From IMG/VR virus record IMGVR_UViG_3300050015_000702: 64,000 nt of DNA, one strand, 5' to 3'. The DNA comes from a virus. The stretch's first letter is position 1. The number at the start of each line of letters is the position of its first letter. A program made the position numbers and the translations under genes. Below, in pieces: positions 30,110-38,795 of this stretch. The notes under the pieces are model-generated. The model did not search any database, was not told where the DNA came from, and saw nothing but the letters and a program-made list of their open reading frames with translations.

Positions 30110-30952
30110 TTATGTAGTTTCATATTCTTCATCATATTCACTTGGCTGAATGATCTTAAACCATTCATTCCATGCTTCAATAGGTTTAACAGACCAACAA
30201 GTTCTTATATTTGGGAGAATTCCTTCTTTTACTTCATTTGAAATATTCCAGGCACGTCTAAATACAGAGCCGCTTTGATACAAAGTAATGGACCAATCGT
30301 CATCTATTTTTGAGGATTCTTTAACTATAAAATATCTTCCTGGATTGTCATCATCGGTCATATCTTCATTATCTGAAAAATATAATCTCTGATCTGTTGA
30401 GGAAGCTCTATAAACTCTTTTTATATTTCTTATTATATCTCCGGGTTTTAATTTCTCCCAAGTAGTAATACCGATGTCCAATTTCTTAAGTGGACTTCCA
30501 CCGCGATCAAAAGCTAATGATTCTCTCAAATTTTTAGGACTAACTACTTTAAAAAATTCCATCCATACACTAGGACTTTTTATTCCAGTTACTGTAGCAA
30601 ATATTTTTCCAAAATCGGGATTTTTTTGAATCTTTTCTGCTGTTTCTTCAATATCTTTATCCAAATTTTCCATTCCTATTAATTCAATAGACAATTTGTT
30701 ATCTTGAAGAATCGCATCTCTCTTGAGTATTCCAAAATCTCCAACTCTCCAATAATACCCAAAGCTCCTATTTTCGGGAGTATAAAAAATTAGGTCTTCT
30801 TTTTCACTTACCCAAGCTTCTTTAATACACCTAAGAACATCACCCCTTTTAAGATCATCAAAGCCACGCATACCAACATCCATTCTACGTAAAGGTTTTC
30901 CTCCACGTTCAAAATGTTGTTGTATCGCTTCTCTAATTAAAAGTGCTTTCAT
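30110..30952 (-). CDS. Hypothetical protein of two tandem FER-motif + domain units
   Basis: IREAIQQHFERGGKPLRRMDVG..LKRGDVLR and LRESLAFDRGGSPLKKLDIG..LKPGDIIR. ATG 30952 preferred over TTG 30958. Confidence 0.7.
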   Translation of the reverse strand: MKALLIREAIQQHFERGGKPLRRMDVGMRGFDDLKRGDVLRCIKEAWVSEKEDLIFYTPENRSFGYYWRVGDFGILKRDAILQDNKLSIELIGMENLDKDIEETAEKIQKNPDFGKIFATVTGIKSPSVWMEFFKVVSPKNLRESLAFDRGGSPLKKLDIGITTWEKLKPGDIIRNIKRVYRASSTDQRLYFSDNEDMTDDDNPGRYFIVKESSKIDDDWSITLYQSGSVFRRAWNISNEVKEGILPNIRTCWSVKPIEAWNEWFKIIQPSEYDEEYETT

Positions 30953-30955
30953 CCG

Positions 30956-30963
30956 CAAATATA
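30956..30963 (-). promoter_or_regulatory. Possible Bacteroidota-type -7 promoter element (TAnnTTTG)
   Basis: TATATTTG lies directly after the terminator and 3 nt before ATG 30952; no clear -33 TTTG. Confidence 0.3.
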
Positions 30964-30964
30964 C

Positions 30965-31005
30965 AAAAAATTCCTGATATAGAATATCTATTCAGGAATT
31001 TTTTT
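30965..31005. terminator. Intrinsic terminator hairpin
   Basis: AAAAAATTCCTGA...TCAGGAATTTTTTT inverted repeat. Confidence 0.75.
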
Positions 31006-31021
31006 CAAGGTATTTTTTAAT

Positions 31022-31276
31022 TTAGGCAATCGGAGGGGTTATGGTTTTTTGAGGGAATAGTTTTTCCAAACCAAATAGTTTCCAAAAAATGTAGTAAACT
31101 AGAAGACAAAATAACCAAAGACCTACGATAGTCTGAACAAATGGCTTTGCATCCAAAGCATTATAACCAATGAATACAACAAGTATATTCACAATCTGCA
31201 TCCAACTCTTTTTGAGCCAAGGTAGAGCAGTTTTTACAGCCCATGCCTTAATTTTTTCAATCAATTTTTTCCACAT
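31022..31276 (-). CDS. Small two-TM membrane protein (holin-like possible)
   Basis: 84 aa with an amphipathic N-terminus and two hydrophobic helices. Confidence 0.55.
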   Translation of the reverse strand: MWKKLIEKIKAWAVKTALPWLKKSWMQIVNILVVFIGYNALDAKPFVQTIVGLWLFCLLVYYIFWKLFGLEKLFPQKTITPPIA

Positions 31277-31395
31277 AATTTTTATTTATTTAATTTTTTC
31301 TCTGGTAATGCCAGGGTAACGATAATAGCACCTATGATCAATAATATTGGCCATATTTGCTGTGCAACTTCTCCCAACTGTTTTAAAAGTTCCAT
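31261..31395 (-). CDS. Small single-TM protein (44 aa, not in the ORF track)
   Basis: MELLKQLGEVAQQIWPILLIIGAIIVTLALPEKKLINKKLCGKN*, filling the gap between 31411 and 31276. Confidence 0.5.
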
Positions 31396-31410
31396 AGTAT
31401 TGATTTTTAA

Positions 31411-31686
31411 TTAAAGTATCTCTTGTGTAACTAATATTCCATCATCTGTAAGAGGTTCTCCGTCCCATCTATCCCCTTCTCCAATCTCTTCAATTATTTG
31501 TCCGATTAATTCAGCTTGTTCTTCGTCATCGGCTTGTATAACCATAAAATTAGAATAAGCATCAAATTTAAAATGAATTTTATTCTTTCTTAATTCGGGA
31601 ATAATAGTTTGAAGCATATCCAAACCATTGGCCATGGTATAATATCCAAAACCGTTTCCTTCTAAACTTTCTTTCACTAATTTCAT
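31411..31686 (-). CDS. Hypothetical protein downstream of portal (N-terminal MKLVKESL propeptide-like)
   Basis: 91 aa, starting 4 nt after the portal stop. Confidence 0.6.
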   Translation of the reverse strand: MKLVKESLEGNGFGYYTMANGLDMLQTIIPELRKNKIHFKFDAYSNFMVIQADDEEQAELIGQIIEEIGEGDRWDGEPLTDDGILVTQEIL

Positions 31687-31690
31687 ATTG

Positions 31691-33517
31691 TTATACTCCT
31701 AATTCTTCTTCACCCCCTGCTGCTGGTTCTTCTGCTCCGCCTTCACCACCAAGTTCTCCACCACCGCCTAAGTCTCCAAGTCCCCCACCAAGTTCTCCAC
31801 CGCCGCCTAAGCCGCCGCCACCTTCACCGCCGAAACCACCTCCGCCGCCAAGTTCTCCACCGCCACCTTCACCACCAGGCTGTTGACCTGTTGCTGCGTT
31901 GAGACGTGCATAAGCTTGAGCAAGTTTACGAACTTCTTCTTCTCTTTCTTTCTTATATTTAGCGTTGAGCTTAATATCTGCTTCTGTAAATTCCATGAAC
32001 TTCTCAACCAAAAATTTAGGGTCAAAATAGTTCTTTTCTCCTGGAGTTCCATCTGGATTAACAGTAGGTTCTTTAATTCCAGCAATACTTGTAATTGTAG
32101 CGGATCCCTTTTCTGCAAGAGATCTTTCTTTCATTTTCTTGAATAAGTTTTCTTCAATGAAATCAAGACCAACAGATCCCTGAAGTACTCTGTCTTCTTT
32201 AAATTCTGGATGTTTTAAAAGGAATTGAATCCAAAGAGGTTTAAGAAGGATTTCCTGGAAAGTAGAACGAATTCTAATAATGAAATTAGAAAATCTCATT
32301 TCCTCTCTAGCAACACCTTCACCGCCATCACCCCAACTTCCGCCATTACCGCCTTCTGAAGATTCAGCGGAATTATTAAATCGGGAACTAGGTACTTTGG
32401 TTTCGATAATGAATCTCTGCCAGAAATATTTAAGAGATTCTGTATTAGATAAGTCGTATCCTTGTGGTTGGAATCCATCGATTTCTGTCTGAGCTCCATC
32501 ACGGGTAGGAATAACGAATGTCTTGGCGAAATTGAACTGAGCGGAACCATTGTAGGTTACTTCTCCGGATTCATCCGAGATGTTTAACTCTTCCTTGTAC
32601 ATACCACGTAATTCTGATAGTCTTGTACGAGCTTTAGCATCTGATTGGGATCCAATCGGAACTAAGATTTTAACCCTCATCTGAGCGTTCCAAACGTTCC
32701 AAATAATACGTGAGTTTTCAAGTGTTCTCATCATGTTAAATGAACGAACTAATCTCTCAACATATGAAAGTCTTCCAATAAAGTTACCTCGTGCCCAGGA
32801 TATGTAAATAAGGTTAGAGTCAACTAATTCTCTTTGTTTTCTTGCATCACCACGATACTGAATCCAAACACGATATTCCTCGCCATCATTATTAATACGA
32901 ACTTCTGGTTCAAGTGATATTGGGTCAAGTTCCTTTAGAGCAATAATGTTCTTAGCATTCTCTTCGCCTTCACCATCATAAATGATTTCAAATGCGAGGA
33001 ATCCATCAATAAGGAATTTCTTTAAATAATGCCAGCCATCGTGACCCTGATTGAATTTGAAAGCAAAATAGATTTTTCTGAAGCATTCATTTAAATCTTC
33101 TACAATTTCTTTTGCTTTATCTTGTTTTAAGACAGATTTAAGGTTCTTTGTTGCTGGGTAAGCAAAATAGTTCTGATCGTCATAGATGATCGTTTCGTCT
33201 GCAATAATTTCAATAACGTTTTCTATTTCACCATTCATTGCAAACTTACGAAGGAAGTCTCTACGTGTAGGATATTCCTTATCATAGAATGCGATAAATT
33301 CTTTTTGACCATAGTCAGTGCCAGCATAGTTTCCCTGGTAGTAGAGTCCATACATGGAATCTAACTGAGCTTCAGCTATACCAACGGACTTAGACTGTTT
33401 TATAACTTTTTCGTCCCATTTCATGCCCAGGGAACTCAAATTGCGTATATTTCTCTGAAGTTGTCCGACAAGACCCATTCGTCTGCCGTCCACATTTTTC
33501 ATTGTGAATCCAGCCAT
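31691..33517 (-). CDS. Portal vertex protein (T4 gp20-like) with Gly/Glu-rich C-terminal tail
   Basis: EIENVIEIIADE, FLIDGFLAFE, KELDP, LSYVERL..FNMMRTLE.SRIIW, KVPSSR, REEMRFSNFI.R.R; late promoter at 33528-33543. Confidence 0.88.
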   Translation of the reverse strand: MAGFTMKNVDGRRMGLVGQLQRNIRNLSSLGMKWDEKVIKQSKSVGIAEAQLDSMYGLYYQGNYAGTDYGQKEFIAFYDKEYPTRRDFLRKFAMNGEIENVIEIIADETIIYDDQNYFAYPATKNLKSVLKQDKAKEIVEDLNECFRKIYFAFKFNQGHDGWHYLKKFLIDGFLAFEIIYDGEGEENAKNIIALKELDPISLEPEVRINNDGEEYRVWIQYRGDARKQRELVDSNLIYISWARGNFIGRLSYVERLVRSFNMMRTLENSRIIWNVWNAQMRVKILVPIGSQSDAKARTRLSELRGMYKEELNISDESGEVTYNGSAQFNFAKTFVIPTRDGAQTEIDGFQPQGYDLSNTESLKYFWQRFIIETKVPSSRFNNSAESSEGGNGGSWGDGGEGVAREEMRFSNFIIRIRSTFQEILLKPLWIQFLLKHPEFKEDRVLQGSVGLDFIEENLFKKMKERSLAEKGSATITSIAGIKEPTVNPDGTPGEKNYFDPKFLVEKFMEFTEADIKLNAKYKKEREEEVRKLAQAYARLNAATGQQPGGEGGGGELGGGGGFGGEGGGGLGGGGELGGGLGDLGGGGELGGEGGAEEPAAGGEEELGV

Positions 33518-33533
33518 AGTTGTTTTCTTTTAT

Positions 33534-34331
33534 TTATATATTCTCTTTACATTTATCCCCATGCCATCTATTATAATTCCCAGGATCCATCATTTTATGA
33601 CAATGGGGACATTCTTTTTTGTCATATATTTGACCCATTCTGCCTTTGCTGATATTTTTGCATGTGGTTTCGCTAGCTTTTTTGCCGACTCGAGTTTTGC
33701 TCATTTTATCTTTCATTAATGAAAGTTTTTTATCAGCTTCTTCTTTACCAAATTTTTCTTCCCATATCTCAAAAACAGTTTTTTGAAACATTGGATTTTC
33801 TTCTCCAACTCTTTCACTAGCACGTTTACTCATTTTTTCAATGGTCTCTTTAGAAAATATTCCGGTTTTCCCTTTACACCAACAATTCTGCCCAATATGA
33901 GATTTGCTTATATTTTGACAATGCTCATTTGTAAATTTCCTTCCACTTAATCCTTTACTAATGTTCGTTTTCCATTCTGCTGTTCGAGGAACTTTACTGA
34001 ATGATTCTCGAAATTTATCGATGGATGCTTTTGTCCTTCTTCCTGGTATTTCTCCATTTCCCCCATTTGGATGAATGTTATACCCAATCGGAATAAGTGT
34101 TTTATATTTTATTATATTGGGTTCTTCGAGTTTTCTAGCTTCATGTAAGGTTTCGCATTTCTGTAATATTTCCTTTTTAAAAGATTCCTTACCATATTTC
34201 TTTATGGATCTTCTAATTAAATTACCACTGCCTAAATATCCATCGTCTATATTATTGGTAGTATGAGCTCCGACATATTGTTTTCCATTGACGATATTAG
34301 TTGTTAAATAAACATAGTGAATATTTCCCAT
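33534..34331 (-). CDS. GIY-YIG homing endonuclease with NUMOD3 repeats and Zn finger
   Basis: YVYLTTNIVNGKQYVGAH, YLGSG, GYNI, CPHC..WHGDKC. Confidence 0.85.
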   Translation of the reverse strand: MGNIHYVYLTTNIVNGKQYVGAHTTNNIDDGYLGSGNLIRRSIKKYGKESFKKEILQKCETLHEARKLEEPNIIKYKTLIPIGYNIHPNGGNGEIPGRRTKASIDKFRESFSKVPRTAEWKTNISKGLSGRKFTNEHCQNISKSHIGQNCWCKGKTGIFSKETIEKMSKRASERVGEENPMFQKTVFEIWEEKFGKEEADKKLSLMKDKMSKTRVGKKASETTCKNISKGRMGQIYDKKECPHCHKMMDPGNYNRWHGDKCKENI

Positions 34332-34380
34332 AAATCCCTTTTATTTATATATTCGGAATTTATCCCACTTAATTGCTTAT

Positions 34381-35085
34381 TTAAGTTTTGTCTCCTATTG
34401 ATACGATTCCTTTTGAACCCAGGTCATAAATCTTATATAATTGAGCCTGATTCATCTTTCGGAATGCATTTTTAGGTTCATAAAATGGTATAAATTTCCA
34501 TTCTGAATATTCCACCATTCTGAATTTGGTTACTTTTGGGAAAGAATATTTTCTATAAGCGAAATTAAAATTGGCGGCATTCTTACTATTGAATAATTTG
34601 ATCATTGTCTGACCCCCGCCGCTCTTCATGTAATCTACAAATCGTTTATTTATGGCTTCCTTATTATTCTCTGTAAGATTTTCTACCTTGTCAAAAAAGT
34701 CTTTAAAAGTAAGAAAGAATGAATCCAAAAATTTAAGACGAACATCTGGAGGAAGTAAATTTAGATTGATACCGGAAAATGTTCCTCTGTCCTGATTCAT
34801 ACAAAAAGTTAAGGGAACAAAGTCTGTATATTCCTTGTTTCCTTTTTGTAATTCAATTAGAACATTTGGGCCTTGGTAAATGAAAGTATAAACAAATCCG
34901 GGAATAGGATACCCGCCATTCTTAGAACCAATAACACTTTCCTGATCCGTTGAATCGATTTCAGTGAGTTTAGCATCCCCTTTTAGATTTTGGACAATAT
35001 ATTTTTCGAATAAGATTGAGTATGCCTGGTCAGAGATTCCATTGACCCTTTGCATAATCTTATATTCATCGGCAGGAGCTAACAT
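34381..35085 (-). CDS. DNA end protector protein (T4 gp2-like)
   Basis: PGFVYTFIY, DFVPL, GINLNLLPPDVR, AYRKY; located beside gp4 and the portal. Confidence 0.65.
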   Translation of the reverse strand: MLAPADEYKIMQRVNGISDQAYSILFEKYIVQNLKGDAKLTEIDSTDQESVIGSKNGGYPIPGFVYTFIYQGPNVLIELQKGNKEYTDFVPLTFCMNQDRGTFSGINLNLLPPDVRLKFLDSFFLTFKDFFDKVENLTENNKEAINKRFVDYMKSGGGQTMIKLFNSKNAANFNFAYRKYSFPKVTKFRMVEYSEWKFIPFYEPKNAFRKMNQAQLYKIYDLGSKGIVSIGDKT

Positions 35086-35660
35086 TTTACTAAATTTTTT
35101 GTTCGATTATTATTTCCCATTCTAGATTTGCTCATATTTCGCTTAGTTTGTTCAGACATCGGAGGCCTATTTTTGGCGGCTTCCTGCATATTCTTTTTAT
35201 GCTCTTCCGAAAAATCCCCATTTCCATTATTTCTCCTTGTGTCCCAAATTGCTTTTTTACTTTCAGCGGTATGTTTGGGCTTACTCATTTTTTGTTTAGT
35301 TATTTCGGATCTTTTTATACCCAATAAACTATTTTTAATTTTTTCTTTACTTTCTTCAGAAAAACATTCAACAACTCCAACCCCTCCTTTTGGACTTAAA
35401 TTATATCCATTTGGTTTTAATGTATTATGCTCTTTAATATATTTTTCTTGAGCATCAAAGGAAGATTGTTTAGATGGAAAAAACTTTAGAATTTCCTTTT
35501 TGAAATTCTCCTTTCCGTATTTCTTTTTAGCATTATTAAAATAAGGGCGTCCACTACCAATATAATGATCATCCAAATTATTGGTTGAGTGATCTCCGAC
35601 ATATTTTTTGCCATTGATTAAATTTGTCGTCAAATAAACATAATTGAACTCTTTTTCCAT
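35079..35660 (-). CDS. GIY-YIG homing endonuclease
   Basis: YVYLTTNLINGKKYVGDH, YIGSG, PNGYNL, NUMOD3 repeats. Confidence 0.85.
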   Translation of the reverse strand: MEKEFNYVYLTTNLINGKKYVGDHSTNNLDDHYIGSGRPYFNNAKKKYGKENFKKEILKFFPSKQSSFDAQEKYIKEHNTLKPNGYNLSPKGGVGVVECFSEESKEKIKNSLLGIKRSEITKQKMSKPKHTAESKKAIWDTRRNNGNGDFSEEHKKNMQEAAKNRPPMSEQTKRNMSKSRMGNNNRTKNLVKC

Positions 35661-36062
35661 CTAGAGTTTTAATCCATATATCTTTTCAACATTTGCTATA
35701 CTTAATACTGTCTCGCTAGAGAAAAGTTCTTTGGGAGCTAACTGATTACCCATAAATGGGATTCTTGTCCACTTCCAAAATACCCAAGGTTTCCAGAATC
35801 CGTGTGTAAATACTCTTACCGAATCCTTTGGAACATTTGGATGCTGAACAAATCGAATCTGAAATCTTTTAGTGAATGTTTCATAACGAAAACACTCTTC
35901 AATTTTAAAACGATGATTGAATTCTCTAAAAGTATTTGAGCCATCTTCAGCAGAAGGAACCCAGTTCTTATTATACTTAACAATCTGGGTGTTATCTAAT
36001 TCGATAACTGTTTGATACGAATTTATTTTTTCCATGATATTGAGTTTAAAATCTTCCACCAA
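35661..36062 (-). CDS. Hypothetical protein (start may be ATG 36035)
   Basis: ORF fills the space between the gp4-like gene and the HEG. Confidence 0.55.
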   Translation of the reverse strand: MVEDFKLNIMEKINSYQTVIELDNTQIVKYNKNWVPSAEDGSNTFREFNHRFKIEECFRYETFTKRFQIRFVQHPNVPKDSVRVFTHGFWKPWVFWKWTRIPFMGNQLAPKELFSSETVLSIANVEKIYGLKL

Positions 36063-36663
36063 TTATGCCAAATTTTCTCATTTGGTCTTCGGTGAAGATA
36101 TAGAATTTGCTATTGTGACGTACTGCCCATTCATTCATGGCAGCAAACTTTGCTTCATTAATAAGATATTCCTTGACCTGGATATTATATCTTTTTATAT
36201 CTTTTAGGGGTGCATCGGGAGGAAGCATTTTAGGCTTTCCTAATTTATGGGATGGCTTAATTTCGATGAACCATTTTTCAATAACTCCATCAGCTTTCTT
36301 AACTTCAACCCAGAAGTCTACATTATAGAATTTAGTAATCCAGTTCTTTGGGTTGTTAGGATCCAATCCTAGTTTCTTATTGGCGTCAAGTTTAGAAACC
36401 CTATCATAATAAGGAACTCGAATAGGTTCGGAACTCCATCGAACTATGGAAGGAGAACAATCGCACCATTTGCAGAACGATAATTCCCATCCACTACGGT
36501 AGATGATTAATTTTGGATTGCCAATATATTTCTGCGGAGCATTTAAAGTATATTTTTCATGAAGATAACCCTGGCGAGTTGTCCCTTTCTTCAAGTTCCC
36601 TTCAGCAGTAAGTACCTCTTTTTGAGGTTTATGCCAAATCTTATACTTTTCATTATTAGCCAT
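36046..36663 (-). CDS. Head completion nuclease (T4 gp4-like)
   Basis: PQKYIG..IIYRSGWE..FCKWCD....RWSSEPI.VPY, YNVDF, IEIKP, NEAKF.A..EW, F.IFTE. Confidence 0.85.
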   Translation of the reverse strand: MANNEKYKIWHKPQKEVLTAEGNLKKGTTRQGYLHEKYTLNAPQKYIGNPKLIIYRSGWELSFCKWCDCSPSIVRWSSEPIRVPYYDRVSKLDANKKLGLDPNNPKNWITKFYNVDFWVEVKKADGVIEKWFIEIKPSHKLGKPKMLPPDAPLKDIKRYNIQVKEYLINEAKFAAMNEWAVRHNSKFYIFTEDQMRKFGIIGGRF

Positions 36664-37010
36664 TAGATTGAATATATTTTATTCTGACTAATTGAAATCT
36701 TTTTACTCTTGGGCATGTTACCATAAAGTTTACGCCATCCTTTTGCAAAGCCATTCTTTATTATCTGGGTAACATAAGCGAATGCATTTGCACTCTTTTC
36801 TGGGTTATATCCTCTCCAATATTGGAAACAGTCCATTATTGCAAACGAAATACAATCCTCTCGGTCCTCATTATAGACGTATTTAAACTTCGTTGAGAAC
36901 TTATTAGCCATTAAAATAAACATGTCCAAACATTCTTTGGTGAGTTTATCCTGTGCTTTAGATTTGATTAGTTCTTCTCTAAGATCTTTATTTTTAACGT
37001 GGATGGCCAT
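36663..37010 (-). CDS. Late-transcription sigma factor (T4 gp55-like)
   Basis: HVKNKDL, DCISFA..DC, YNPEKSANAFAYVTQIIKN.F. Confidence 0.8.
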   Translation of the reverse strand: MAIHVKNKDLREELIKSKAQDKLTKECLDMFILMANKFSTKFKYVYNEDREDCISFAIMDCFQYWRGYNPEKSANAFAYVTQIIKNGFAKGWRKLYGNMPKSKKISISQNKIYSI

Positions 37011-37109
37011 AATTAACAGTTATTTAACGTTTAGATTAAAAAATTTTTATTAAATTTGGGGTGAACCACAAGCCCCCACACCCTCAAATTTAACGGGTTA
37101 TTAACTTCT

Positions 37110-37148
37110 ATTATACAAAAAAAGGCACAACAAGTTTTCGTTGTACCT
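37110..37148 (-). promoter_or_regulatory. Composite terminator + AAACTT-N16-TATAAT promoter upstream of the gp55-like gene
   Basis: AGGTACAAC-gAAAACTT-GTTGTGCCT-TTTTTT-G-TATAAT; the -35 lies in the hairpin loop. Confidence 0.6.
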
Positions 37149-37168
37149 ATGGAGATATAGAGAGGAAA

Positions 37169-37456
37169 TTACTTGGGAATTGTAGTAGCTTTTGATAGAG
37201 AAACTTTCAAACTATCAATATCCTGAGTTTGATTGTTTATCTGATTGGCTTGTATCTTTAGGGTCGAATCGATCTCTGGAATTTTCCTATCTAGGAATTT
37301 AGATAATTGTCTATATTCGGTCTTTACACTATCCACCTGAACTTTAATTTCGGGATTAGTTTTGAACGAATCTATTCCCATATAAAGAAATAGAACAAAG
37401 ATAATCGCCATAATGAGCAATGCTTGCGGATTTCTCCACTTCTTTTTATTTTCCAT
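37169..37456 (-). CDS. Small membrane-anchored coiled-coil protein
   Basis: N-terminal TM helix; DSV, DST and DSL motifs. Confidence 0.6.
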   Translation of the reverse strand: MENKKKWRNPQALLIMAIIFVLFLYMGIDSFKTNPEIKVQVDSVKTEYRQLSKFLDRKIPEIDSTLKIQANQINNQTQDIDSLKVSLSKATTIPK

Positions 37457-37466
37457 TTTGCTACTT

Positions 37467-37973
37467 TTAATGTTGCGTTGTATCGTTTACCCTTTTAACT
37501 ACGATACGGGGGATAGGGTCTCTCATTTTATCACCATTTAAATTTGGTGCTTCAATGTCTGTCTTGTATGCTTTCTGTAATTTTTCAAAAGATTCATTTA
37601 AAAGCATTATCTTTTCGATAACTTGATTTGCATTTTTACCTCCTGCACTAAGAATCATGTCTAATTTTCGATTTGTGTTGACATTTAATTCCTGAACTAG
37701 AGAATGTAAGTTATTTAAATAAGTAAGAATTTCTTTATTATAAGCATCCTGTTCCCTTCTAAAATCTTCAAAATTACCAATAAGAGTATAAGTAGCATCG
37801 ATGCCCTTTTTCATTGTAGCAATTTCCCTAATACTGTTATCCTTTGCATTTTTAGACACTAAGAAATAAGAGACTGTTAAGAATATTACAAAGACAAGAA
37901 CATATTTAAGAGCGGTTGGCGTTTTTTCCCAAAACTTATTAATATCTACAGGTTTTGTCTGAACTGCTGGCAT
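37467..37973 (-). CDS. Membrane-anchored coiled-coil protein (possible lysis accessory)
   Basis: TM helix YVLVFVIFLTVSYFLV followed by a coiled coil. Confidence 0.55.
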   Translation of the reverse strand: MPAVQTKPVDINKFWEKTPTALKYVLVFVIFLTVSYFLVSKNAKDNSIREIATMKKGIDATYTLIGNFEDFRREQDAYNKEILTYLNNLHSLVQELNVNTNRKLDMILSAGGKNANQVIEKIMLLNESFEKLQKAYKTDIEAPNLNGDKMRDPIPRIVVKRVNDTTQH

Positions 37974-37988
37974 AAAATTTGTTTTATG

Positions 37989-38795
37989 TTAAACTGAGAG
38001 AGTTCTCACTCTGCTTCTTGGTAGTGTTTCCATTCTTGGTTCCTGATTCTCCGATCCAAAAATACATCTGCATGAATCAGCATCTCCTACGGCCTGTGAA
38101 TAATCTCCTGCATGTACAAGGCAATTACCTGTGGCTTCTTCTGTTTCTTCGTCAACTGTAACTCCAGGAACATAATCTTGCGGATTAGCAAAGTCATTAG
38201 GATTTTCAAATAACCTAATCTGTTCTTTTGGAAGAATCTGCATATCTCCTTCAACTAAAACATTTACAGTTGGAGAATCGGCAAGCATATCTGAATATTT
38301 GACGTAGCAATGAGTAGTTTTTATAGGTACAGTGTTATAGAATATTCCGCAATGAACATATTGTTCAAAAAGAAGTTTCTGAGTTTTATCATCAAACTTC
38401 ATAGGAGGTTTCATTGCACCTTTTTGAGCAAGTCCTTTAAGAACTTTTAATTGGCTGTCTTTAGCTACTTTAGTGGAATATTGAATCTGAACAATCCAAG
38501 AACCATCTGACATTTGGCCAATAACATATCCTTGCTCTTTTCCAAAAGCTACCTTGTCCCCTATTTGAGCTTCATTTAGAGGTTTTAATTCTGATTCTTT
38601 TTTTGATTCTTTCATAACCGGAAATTCTTTATTAATTAAATCTGCAACTAAATACATGAGAGTGTCCCTCTCTGAAGGATTCAACGGAGTTGTTCCGATC
38701 TCGCGATTAGCTTTGATCAGAACGTTTCCATTGTTATCACATATTTGTCCGCTTATAACTTGGACTGGAAGCTTGAGACTTTTAATTGAAGTCAT
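37989..38795 (-). CDS. Hypothetical late protein
   Basis: 268 aa, coupled by TAATG; internal PLNEA possible protease site. Confidence 0.6.
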   Translation of the reverse strand: MTSIKSLKLPVQVISGQICDNNGNVLIKANREIGTTPLNPSERDTLMYLVADLINKEFPVMKESKKESELKPLNEAQIGDKVAFGKEQGYVIGQMSDGSWIVQIQYSTKVAKDSQLKVLKGLAQKGAMKPPMKFDDKTQKLLFEQYVHCGIFYNTVPIKTTHCYVKYSDMLADSPTVNVLVEGDMQILPKEQIRLFENPNDFANPQDYVPGVTVDEETEEATGNCLVHAGDYSQAVGDADSCRCIFGSENQEPRMETLPRSRVRTLSV

